From a virus (lineage: Duplodnaviria; Heunggongvirae; Uroviricota; Caudoviricetes): DNA of 22,988 nt. Shown here piece after piece: positions 15,640 through 22,931 of the stretch. A program made the position numbers and the translations under genes. The DNA lies in IMG/VR virus record IMGVR_UViG_3300021387_000076. One strand, written 5' to 3'. Position 1 is the first letter of the stretch. Each line of letters starts with the position of its first letter. The notes under the pieces are model-generated. The model saw only the letters and a list, made by a program, of their open reading frames with translations. It did no database searches and was not told the DNA's origin.

Positions 15640-16543
15640 CTGTCAATATTCCTTTCACATTTGTGTTTTTGATACTGTAAGCTGCTGCTTTTGGATGACC
15701 TCCGCCGCCATGCTGTTTCGCAATGGCACCGAGGTCCGGTGAATGCTGCGAGCCTCTGAGATGAACTGTTTTGTCCATTTCGATGACTGCGGCATAGTCG
15801 ATGTCCGTTCCATATTTTTCCATGATCATGTTTCCAGTCATGGAAATGTTGTTTTCGGCATATACATATGCCACTTTGTATTGTCCGACTTCGATGATCT
15901 TTGCTTCTTCGGCTTTTGCCTTTGCGTATTCCATCATCTGCTGCTCTTTGAATGCAATGACTTGAAGAAGCAGAGGATCCGTAATTTCGAACATTGCATA
16001 CGGAGATTCATTGATCGTCATGATGACATATCGAATGAAGTCTTCATGACTCATCATGTAGCAGAGATGATTGAGCTGTTTTGGCAGCTCAAGTTTCTCT
16101 TTGTCAAACCGGAATGTGTCATATTCTGCAACTGCCTCCGCAAAAGATGTAATTGCATGTACGGATTCATCAAACATTACTTTTGCAAGAATGCTTGTTG
16201 CTGATTCGGTATCTCCGACGACCACCTTTGCCCAGTCGTACTCATTCAGGAATTCCGCTGTCTTGTGATGGTCAATCAGCATCGGTTTAAAAGCATTCGG
16301 CAGCTTTGCTTTTTCTGTCTGAATCCAGTCTGCAGTCTCTTTATCCACTGATATATCTGTAATCAGCAGAGAAACTCCGACTTTTTGTTCGCTGTCAAGA
16401 AAAGTTTTTACCTTTTCGTTGATCTCATCATAGTTGCAATACGTGACCTCATAGTCTGTATTCGTCATGTTGGCGTAAAGCTGCGCCAGAGCAGCGCAGC
16501 TTACGCCGTCGAGATCGGTGTGCGTGAAATGCACAATTTTCAT
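15605..16543 (-). CDS. DHH/DHHA1 family phosphoesterase (oligoribonuclease NrnA-like)
   Basis: HTDLDG, ITD, DHH and GGGGHPKAA motifs. Confidence 0.9.
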   Translation of the reverse strand: MKIVHFTHTDLDGVSCAALAQLYANMTNTDYEVTYCNYDEINEKVKTFLDSEQKVGVSLLITDISVDKETADWIQTEKAKLPNAFKPMLIDHHKTAEFLNEYDWAKVVVGDTESATSILAKVMFDESVHAITSFAEAVAEYDTFRFDKEKLELPKQLNHLCYMMSHEDFIRYVIMTINESPYAMFEITDPLLLQVIAFKEQQMMEYAKAKAEEAKIIEVGQYKVAYVYAENNISMTGNMIMEKYGTDIDYAAVIEMDKTVHLRGSQHSPDLGAIAKQHGGGGHPKAAAYSIKNTNVKGILTDETISDDTGSV

Positions 16544-17913
16544 TCTCCGAGTACCTCCAGTGCTTCTACAGGAGTATAGAGATTACCATTTTTGTCTTCG
16601 AGAATCTTCCTGTCGGCAAAGTTATGATACAAATCAGCCATGAATGGATTCATTGTCGGAGTTTCCTGCAGGTTTACACTGCCTGCAGATGCCTTACATA
16701 TTGCAATTGCACCCGGAATATTGCCTTTCATCAGCATCTGAATAATCTGAGTCTTATAGGAACCGATGCAGTGATGATGATAAATATGCGGATTGGGTAT
16801 ACAGGTGGTAACCATGTCTTCATAGCCTCCCATAACCGTATTATCAGCAATATTCATGGTATAATCGGCAACCATTCTGAGCTTGAGCGTGCCATTATAG
16901 ATTGCCTGCCAGAGTTTCTTCTTGTTTGCCCTGTCGTTGAATGCAGGAACACAGTCATATCTGTCTCCATATCCATCGACATAGAGCAGACTTTCGTCTT
17001 CCTGGAGCATAGACTCCATGACGTCAGGATCATATTCATCGCAATATGTTTTAATCCTGAGTTTCACGCTGTCTCCGTTTGATGCTGTTTCGAGGATATC
17101 AATATCCTTGTCGCTCTTCAGGAAGTCAATGAGTGCTTTATCTTGGCCATTGCTCATGCTCCTGTAACCGAGAAGCATGATGTTGTTGTTCTGGAGATCA
17201 CGGTTGCAGGTGGCAATACGTGAAAACAATTCATCAATTCTGCTTCTGATGTTCTCATTTTCACGTTCAAGACCTCTGATCTTGTTAGCTCGCAGTGTGG
17301 TCTGGAATCTGCCCATCAGGTAATTAACCTTGATGTCACGGATAATGTCTCTCTTGTCTTCCATGACATGATCGTTTGCCACTGAGAAATCTTCATACTT
17401 GTCTCTGAAGAATGAACCGAGAAGTTGCTTTTCATTATCCGTCAAAGGCTTTTCTGTGAAGAGCCACGGAACCATTCTGCGAAACAGGCCGGCAAAATAA
17501 TGAAGGCCTTCGATGCCCGTATTGTTGGAGACGATGACAGTCTTCTTCTTTTCTTCATTCACGTAGAATTTCAGGTGCATGAAGAGCTCTGCTCTCTGCT
17601 GGATATCAGGCTGTTCTTTCCAGCCTTCAGGGACTTTGATCTGTTCAGCATATTTATCCCACTCAGAGTACACACGGAGGTAACGTGCGTGATAAATACT
17701 CACATCGTCAGAGGTTTCAAACCGGATATTGTCGGGATCAGTCACGACATACCTGGTAATTGTCAGTTCTACTTCAGGGTTTCTGTCGATCATCAGCAGT
17801 CTTGCGACATGATGAATCGAATAGTCGTCAAGGTCAGAAATGCAGATATTCGGCATTGCTTGCCGTGCCCACGAATAGAGCATTTCCGTTGAATTGATAT
17901 ATTCACTTAACAT
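16540..17913 (-). CDS. Putative prokaryotic E2-like conjugating enzyme with central coiled coil
   Basis: C-terminal PNPHIYHHHCIGSY resembles the PH/HPN...C-x-G signature of prokaryotic E2 families, and the gene sits between the Ubl and JAB/E1 genes. Start set at ATG 17913 (RBS AAGGAGG) rather than the track's 17958. Confidence 0.55.
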   Translation of the reverse strand: MLSEYINSTEMLYSWARQAMPNICISDLDDYSIHHVARLLMIDRNPEVELTITRYVVTDPDNIRFETSDDVSIYHARYLRVYSEWDKYAEQIKVPEGWKEQPDIQQRAELFMHLKFYVNEEKKKTVIVSNNTGIEGLHYFAGLFRRMVPWLFTEKPLTDNEKQLLGSFFRDKYEDFSVANDHVMEDKRDIIRDIKVNYLMGRFQTTLRANKIRGLERENENIRSRIDELFSRIATCNRDLQNNNIMLLGYRSMSNGQDKALIDFLKSDKDIDILETASNGDSVKLRIKTYCDEYDPDVMESMLQEDESLLYVDGYGDRYDCVPAFNDRANKKKLWQAIYNGTLKLRMVADYTMNIADNTVMGGYEDMVTTCIPNPHIYHHHCIGSYKTQIIQMLMKGNIPGAIAICKASAGSVNLQETPTMNPFMADLYHNFADRKILEDKNGNLYTPVEALEVLGE

Positions 17914-17937
17914 ATACTCGCCCTCCTTCATGGGCAT

Positions 17938-17972
17938 AAAAAATAAGGCTGACGGCATTTATGCCGTCAGCC
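17938..17972 (-). terminator. Rho-independent terminator after the Ubl gene
   Basis: GGCTGACGGCAT/ATGCCGTCAGCC stem followed by TTATTTTTT on the minus strand. Confidence 0.8.
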
Positions 17973-17980
17973 GTTAATGG

Positions 17981-18586
17981 TTACTCCACAGTAATGGAGG
18001 CGCGGATATCACCGAGCATGCGGGAGACTTCAGCCAGAGATTCATCCACAAGCGTTTCCAGATTGGACAGCTTGTAGATTCCAACACCGTACTGATCTTC
18101 AACGAACTTTGCCGGATCTTCGCCGTCATAGGGAAGGGTGATGGTGGCATAGCCTTCAGCGTTGGTATGCTTGCCGAAAGTCGCGCCCCAGTTTGAGATG
18201 CTGCCATTGCCGGAACAGGTGTCAACTGCGAAGATTTCGTTTCCGTCATCATCGAGCAGAGTGAGGCTTTCGGGCGCATAGCGCTCGAGTTTCTTAATAT
18301 CTTCCAGCTTCATGGTGGAAGTGATGACACAGGCACCGCCAGTCACCTTTGCAGATGCGGCGTTCTCAGCCTTTACTGTTGCCATAGCCTGCAGCTGCAG
18401 GTTGGGATCAAGACCGAGTTCGTCGATAGTGGTGTCAAGGTCATTGACGTACTTGCCGCCAACATAGACCTTGGAATTGCCGATCATGACGCCGGCCTTG
18501 TCGAAGAGTTCGGCGACGGTCTCTTCGCCGTCGATCAGAACGTTCTTGCGAACCATAGAATTGAAAACAGAGAAATTGTACTTCAT
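17981..18586 (-). CDS. Ubiquitin-like (beta-grasp) domain fused to a ~125-aa C-terminal domain
   Basis: The first ~77 aa follow the Ubl pattern (strand-strand, TVAELF helix, VGG..V..LDTTIDELGL, final strand ending VKAENA); the gene heads an E2/JAB/E1 cassette. Confidence 0.65.
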   Translation of the reverse strand: MKYNFSVFNSMVRKNVLIDGEETVAELFDKAGVMIGNSKVYVGGKYVNDLDTTIDELGLDPNLQLQAMATVKAENAASAKVTGGACVITSTMKLEDIKKLERYAPESLTLLDDDGNEIFAVDTCSGNGSISNWGATFGKHTNAEGYATITLPYDGEDPAKFVEDQYGVGIYKLSNLETLVDESLAEVSRMLGDIRASITVE

Positions 18587-18714
18587 AGTATTTTACTTCC
18601 TTTTTTTGTTTTGTTTTTTTGCAGGTTTTTATTTGTTTGTTTTTTTGGGTTACTGGTTACTTATCAGGCTTGTCTCTTGCTCTTTTCAACGAGATACCTC
18701 CTTCGAAAAGGTCG

Positions 18715-18789
18715 TACTCCTGGCTGGATTCGAACCAGCGACCTACGGCTTATAAGGCCGGAGCTCTCACCAGACTGAGCTACAGGAGC
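18715..18789 (-). tRNA. tRNA-Ile (anticodon TAT/UAU), no encoded CCA
   Basis: Acceptor GCTCCTG/CAGGAGT+A, D arm GCTC..GAGC, anticodon loop CTTATAA, T arm GCTGG-TTCGAAT-CCAGC. Confidence 0.92.
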
Positions 18790-18841
18790 AAAACCCGTCC
18801 TTATGACGGGCCTAGAAAAAGGAGAGGGACAATAAATGTCC

Positions 18842-18878
18842 TTGTCGGGACGGCAGGATTCGAACCCGCTCTTCCCGG
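18842..18878 (-). pseudogene. 3' half of a tRNA (T arm plus 3' acceptor strand, Pro-like)
   Basis: GCGGG-TTCGAAT-CCTGC-CGTCCCG-A-CAA; no 5' acceptor strand or D arm was found upstream. Confidence 0.55.
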
Positions 18879-19199
18879 TCAAATCAGGTCAGTGCAGTCA
18901 ATTTCTACTTTTTGTTCTTCAAAAGCGCACTCGATCATTTCAGGCGCGATGATGTATGGAAAATTGTCAATGCCATAAATGAACTTTTTCTGATGATCGA
19001 AGTAACGCTCTTCTGCCGTATTTATTTTTCCAGTCTTTCCGCCTAGGCAGCGAAAGGAATTCTCATACGGAGTTCCACTTTCACGGCAGAAATCAAAGAC
19101 CTGCTGCGCTATTGCCCAGCAATCTTCTTTCATTTTGACCTTTTGGCCTATTTGCAGACTAAACGGGTCAAAGTTTTCAATCATCTTCTCGACTGTCAT
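18879..19199 (-). CDS. Hypothetical protein
   Basis: 106 aa with RBS GGAGGT 5 nt upstream. Confidence 0.7.
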   Translation of the reverse strand: MTVEKMIENFDPFSLQIGQKVKMKEDCWAIAQQVFDFCRESGTPYENSFRCLGGKTGKINTAEERYFDHQKKFIYGIDNFPYIIAPEMIECAFEEQKVEIDCTDLI

Positions 19200-19284
19200 C
19201 GTTTACCTCCGTAAACTGTGCATTGTCGTAGGTATAGGTTTCGGCTTCGTGAAGAATAGCTGAGAATTCAGCGTCAAAATTCAT
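19177..19284 (-). CDS. Small acidic peptide (35 aa), not in the ORF track
   Basis: MNFDAEFSAILHEAETYTYDNAQFTEVNDDSREDD, preceded by AAGGAG; it follows a terminator and overlaps the next gene. Confidence 0.45.
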   Translation of the reverse strand: MNFDAEFSAILHEAETYTYDNAQFTEVNDDSREDD

Positions 19285-19306
19285 TTCATTCACTCCTTTT
19301 CTTACG

Positions 19307-19344
19307 AAAAAGCAGGCCTACAGCTTTTTGGGCTGTAGGCCTGC
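19307..19344 (-). terminator. Rho-independent terminator after the second ssb
   Basis: 13-bp stem GCAGGCCTACAGC/GCTGTAGGCCTGC followed by TTTTT. Confidence 0.85.
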
Positions 19345-19355
19345 AAATTGTTCAA

Positions 19356-19835
19356 TTAGAAGGGAAGGTCGTTGGTATCCACGGGTTCTGCCGGTGCCTG
19401 CATTACAGGGCGAGTGCGGCGAACGGGCTGACGGACAGGCTGGGCGGGTGCATGTGCCGGTTCTTCGGTGACTTCTTCTTCTGCTTCTTCTTCATCAATG
19501 TCTTCAGGAGCAGCAGTGCCACGCGGAGAAAGGAATTCAACATGCTGTGCATTCAGCTGGAGGTTCTTGTACATGGTGTTGTCTTTGATGACGGGATTGC
19601 AGTCAATGATACCCTCAACATAGACCTTGCGGCCCTTCGTGAGGTACTTGCGGCAATTGTCAGCAGCACCGCGCCAGGTTGTTACCTGGATGTATGTCGG
19701 TTCCTTGGCCCGATTGTACGGGTCATTCACAGCGATCCTGAACTGGCAGTTATGAACGATTTCTCCAGTCTTCAGCTGGACTTCACGGAAGATAGGATCA
19801 GCACAGAGGTTACCAATAGCAAAAGTTTTGAACAT
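19356..19835 (-). CDS. ssb: Single-stranded DNA-binding protein (second copy)
   Basis: GNLCADP, FRIAVN, YLTKGRKVYVEG, VEFL, acidic/Pro-rich linker and DLPF tip. Confidence 0.92.
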   Translation of the reverse strand: MFKTFAIGNLCADPIFREVQLKTGEIVHNCQFRIAVNDPYNRAKEPTYIQVTTWRGAADNCRKYLTKGRKVYVEGIIDCNPVIKDNTMYKNLQLNAQHVEFLSPRGTAAPEDIDEEEAEEEVTEEPAHAPAQPVRQPVRRTRPVMQAPAEPVDTNDLPF

Positions 19836-20244
19836 AGTTTTTTTCTCTCCTTATTTTTTCATTTTTTTTGACATGCTAAACATGCCACATTAACAAATAC
19901 AGGTCGTAACTCCAGTCATCGCTTGATAAGCAACTCTGGTTCGTGTGACCAACACTTCGCTGTTTATACAGGCAGCGTCTGTTTACCGAGCTCGTGCACT
20001 AGTTCGGTCGCTGAGAAATTTTTGCTTCTTTTGAAGCTTGAATATATATGAAGCACCTCAAAGAATTTATTTCTCATCGATGCCTCACCGCTTAAAGCAG
20101 CCGCCATGCGGCGGGATAAAACGCGCAAGAAGGCAGAAACGCGCAAGCGGGAAAACCCTTGGAATATTTAGCCTGCATGTTTCATATTTGCCAACTTTTG
20201 CATTTTTGTATTTTTTCGGAAACCATTTGCCAGTTTCCCTTCAT

Positions 20245-20318
20245 TGCCCTCATTGGGATTCGAACCCAAGCTGTACGGATTTTAAATCCGTTGTCTCTGC
20301 CAATTGGACTACAAGGGC
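20245..20318 (-). tRNA. tRNA-Leu (anticodon TAA) with short variable loop, no encoded CCA
   Basis: Acceptor GCCCTTG/TGAGGGC+A, 3-bp D stem GTC/GAC, anticodon arm ACGGA-TTTAAAA-TCCGT, T arm TTGGG-TTCGAAT-CCCAA. Confidence 0.88.
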
Positions 20319-20326
20319 ATAAGAAA

Positions 20327-20465
20327 AGTCTGTCTTGCTGATTGGATGCATTTTGTTGGCTACGATCTGAAAGAAGCTGACAAGTCGAGCATCCTTATAT
20401 TCGGCATTACCAAAAAGGCTAGCAATTTATGAAAGGAGGACATAATTACTTCAGCAAGACAGACT
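20327..20465 (-). ncRNA. Structured RNA closed by a 15-bp inverted repeat; possible orphan msr-msd cassette
   Basis: Perfect inverted repeat AGTCTGTCTTGCTGA/TCAGCAAGACAGACT enclosing two small stem-loops and a hairpin at 20344-20394. Confidence 0.45.
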
Positions 20466-21018
20466 CTATTTGGAAGGAGGTCTACCAGTTTAGCGCCATA
20501 TCCCGAATGCGCCAAACCCGCACCGCCTACCGCAGGCGCCCCGCGCCGGTTCTTGAGTTTGCCATCTTTTTTTAAACGATTACTCGCCGGCTACAGAATT
20601 AATTTATTTGGTCCAGTCTGTCATTTGCTGCCCGCTATATATACTTATATATATAAACTGCGCTATGGATCGTAGTATGAAAATAGCGCTGTGCGCCTCC
20701 TGTGGAGGGGAGGCGCAAGCAGCGCATTTGGCGAGCGAGTTCGACAACAAATGAATTTTAAGGCAAGCGAGTTAAGCTTTATGCTTTCGTCTATGCTAGC
20801 ATAGACGGAAACACAAAGCCTCTCGCTGGCGGTATCTCCATGCGAGTTCCATCAGCGATATGAAGTCGGGTATGGGCTCCTTTGCGATACCCTCACATGG
20901 TGAGTGGAGTAAGCGATGAAGAGTTTATTCTTTTTGTTCGGAAAAAGAGAAGATAAACAGATCAAAAGAACTGTTCTCTTCTTTTTCTGACTTTTTCTTC
21001 TCGTTTTCCCGACATATA

Positions 21019-21305
21019 ATATTATGGCCTCAATTTTTTCGAAAACCGTCACTATATAATATTATGGCCTCAAAAATGAAAACCACTCACTATTATATTA
21101 TGGCCTCAAAAATGACAGAGATCAGAATAAACATTCGCTATTATATTATGGCCTCAATTTTCAGATCGGCCTTTGATTAACACCTCCATTTATATTATGG
21201 CCTCAAAAATTATCACAAGGGGGAATTTCTATAATACATTATAGAAAAGTCCCCCTCTGATAAACCAGTATGTGATAACCACCTCTCTTTATATTATGGC
21301 CTCAA
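21019..21305. repeat. Six direct copies of ATATTATGGCCTCAA plus a central hairpin; probable iteron-type origin or operator array
   Basis: Exact 15-mers start at 21019, 21059, 21095, 21143, 21192 and 21291; hairpin at 21218-21256; A/T-rich tract at about 20925-21000; adjacent winged-HTH gene. Confidence 0.8.
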
Positions 21306-21308
21306 AAA

Positions 21309-21824
21309 TTATCCAGCCTGACAGAATTCCTCCAGTTCTTCTGTACTCGGCTCTGTTCCATCCCACTCATTATCTTCGAACGTAAGCGGTATTCCATACA
21401 CCTCACTTATAAACTGCATTGTAGCAATCAGATCATCATTACTGAACTTCGGCTCTGTATTCCTGTGCGGATTTACCTTGCCGATTGTGTAATGAGATCT
21501 TGCCGGTATCTGTTCCTCTGGTACTGAAGCCAAGGCTCGCAGGTGATCCCAGTCTATCTGTATTTCATTTGTATCAGGATCGAAGCCTATCAGTCCGAAG
21601 TCTACCAGCCATGCTCTTGTACGCAGGACATTCTTCTTGGCAATACCAGTCTTGTTTTCGACGTATTGTTTCGATGGACGGAAGCCGCCACTCGACAGGC
21701 AGTAGAGCCTGAAGAGGGCGGCATATGTCCTTTTTACTTTGAATTTGCAGACAATATCATTTACCAGCTCTTCATGGTTCTCACCAGTATGAGCATAGTA
21801 ATGATGAATATATGCAGGTACCAT
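21309..21824 (-). CDS. Winged-HTH DNA-binding protein, possible replication initiator
   Basis: PSKQYVENKTGIAKKNVLRTRAWLVDFGLI follows the HTH plus wing pattern of phage replication proteins. Start set at ATG 21824 (RBS GAGGAG), just after the upstream stop. Confidence 0.6.
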   Translation of the reverse strand: MVPAYIHHYYAHTGENHEELVNDIVCKFKVKRTYAALFRLYCLSSGGFRPSKQYVENKTGIAKKNVLRTRAWLVDFGLIGFDPDTNEIQIDWDHLRALASVPEEQIPARSHYTIGKVNPHRNTEPKFSNDDLIATMQFISEVYGIPLTFEDNEWDGTEPSTEELEEFCQAG

Positions 21825-21825
21825 A

Positions 21826-22344
21826 TCATCTCCTCTTTTCAAAGTGGTACTTGATAGGACCGTAATAGGAAGCATGCTGTACATACTTGTACATTTCGAA
21901 CGAGATACCCTTCTCTTCCATATACCGGTTCATATTACCTTTGCGTGTGTTGTCGATGACCAACATCTTGTCAGTCATGTGGAAAATTTTCTTGCCGACA
22001 CCATACGGTGACGGATTGATATTCTCGAAAATGAGGAAATAGTTTTTGTCCATCAGGGCTTTCCTAACAGCCGCTGTGAACTTTGCACCTTTGAAGAAGC
22101 TGGGTCCTGCGATAATATTTTCACCGTTCTGGACTGCAGATTCAAGCTTCTTGTTCTCAGTGCCGCGCACGCAGATCTTGGTAAACGATCTGCTGCGCTG
22201 CTTACTTGCACAATAGTGGATGCTGTCAACGTGGTTTTTGGAAATGACGATGAACTTGGATTCGGGGCGTTTCTTCATGAAGGAAGAAACAAAAGAGTCG
22301 ATTGTTTCATTGGGGATGCTTTTGATTGAGATGATCTGACACAT
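21826..22344 (-). CDS. Hypothetical protein
   Basis: 172 aa, RBS AAGGAG, coupled to the HTH gene. Confidence 0.65.
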   Translation of the reverse strand: MCQIISIKSIPNETIDSFVSSFMKKRPESKFIVISKNHVDSIHYCASKQRSRSFTKICVRGTENKKLESAVQNGENIIAGPSFFKGAKFTAAVRKALMDKNYFLIFENINPSPYGVGKKIFHMTDKMLVIDNTRKGNMNRYMEEKGISFEMYKYVQHASYYGPIKYHFEKRR

Positions 22345-22422
22345 TATTCTTTCTCTCCTTATTTTTTATTGATATACCCCACCAATTTCTATGTGTTATA
22401 TAGATTTTAGTGGGGTATATTT

Positions 22423-22674
22423 TCAGAATGGAATGTAGTCTTCGGCAGGAACATCTGCTTCTATTGAGTATACTTTTGCATACTTGATGGTGAAATAATT
22501 ATGGAGCCATGCATCGATGTGATTATCAAGTGTGGACTCTTCATAAACATTGATGGCAACATAATTGTTAACATTGTTATGATATTTCTTGGCAAATTCA
22601 ATTGCCTGATCTTTATCGATAAACATGTACTCCTGAGGCATTGGAGTATTAAAACCGATTACAACTTTAAACAT
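22423..22674 (-). CDS. Hypothetical protein
   Basis: 83 aa with RBS AAAGGAG. Confidence 0.65.
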   Translation of the reverse strand: MFKVVIGFNTPMPQEYMFIDKDQAIEFAKKYHNNVNNYVAINVYEESTLDNHIDAWLHNYFTIKYAKVYSIEADVPAEDYIPF

Positions 22675-22691
22675 TGTGTGCTCCTTTCATG

Positions 22692-22728
22692 AAAAATAAG
22701 GAGGACCGCTGTTGTGCGGTCCTCCTTA
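22692..22728 (-). terminator. Rho-independent terminator
   Basis: TAAGGAGGACCGC/GCGGTCCTCCTTA stem followed by TTTTT. Confidence 0.8.
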
Positions 22729-22732
22729 GAGT

Positions 22733-22915
22733 TCAGATGACATGACTGGTTATGTAGCCTGGAAGCTGCTTGGCTTTATTCTTCAGACCATAAAGGTCAC
22801 GATACAGTTTTGCATGTTCGCGCAGGAGTTCTGCTGACTCCTTGTTGTCATACTGAACATTGAGCATTACTTCCTTTTGATGAAAGTCAATTGCTTTAAC
22901 GGTGACAAGTGCCAT
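22733..22915 (-). CDS. Small hypothetical protein
   Basis: 60 aa, RBS AAGGAGG, followed by a terminator. Confidence 0.7.
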   Translation of the reverse strand: MALVTVKAIDFHQKEVMLNVQYDNKESAELLREHAKLYRDLYGLKNKAKQLPGYITSHVI

Positions 22916-22931
22916 GATGAAACCTCCTTAA

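Noticed and set aside
20818-20840. GCC-TCTCGCT-GGC resembling the P3/L3 of an HDV-like ribozyme
   Set aside because: No matching P1 5' strand, P1.1 GG or P2 could be placed.
20852-21052. 66-aa ORF
   Set aside because: It has low-complexity Lys-rich sequence derived from the A/T tract, no RBS, and starts within the repeat array.
21019-21305. 15-mer repeats as a mini-CRISPR array or sigma70 promoters
   Set aside because: The repeat is short and non-palindromic, intervening lengths vary from 21 to 84 nt and are partly related to each other, and the TTGAGG-to-TATAAT distance is only about 6 nt.
22384-22405. AATTTCTAT...ATAGAT resembling a Cas12a repeat (solitary-repeat anti-CRISPR RNA)
   Set aside because: The stem is TCTAT rather than TCTAC, the loop is 7 nt, and it lies on the strand opposite to all transcription here. 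AT-rich chance similarity is likely.
151-22692. Plus-strand ORFs and short nested minus-strand ORFs in the track (e.g. 3405-4352, 1887-2579, 13028-13744, 13802-14572)
   Set aside because: They are antisense or out-of-frame shadows of well-supported minus-strand genes, with no motifs or RBS support.
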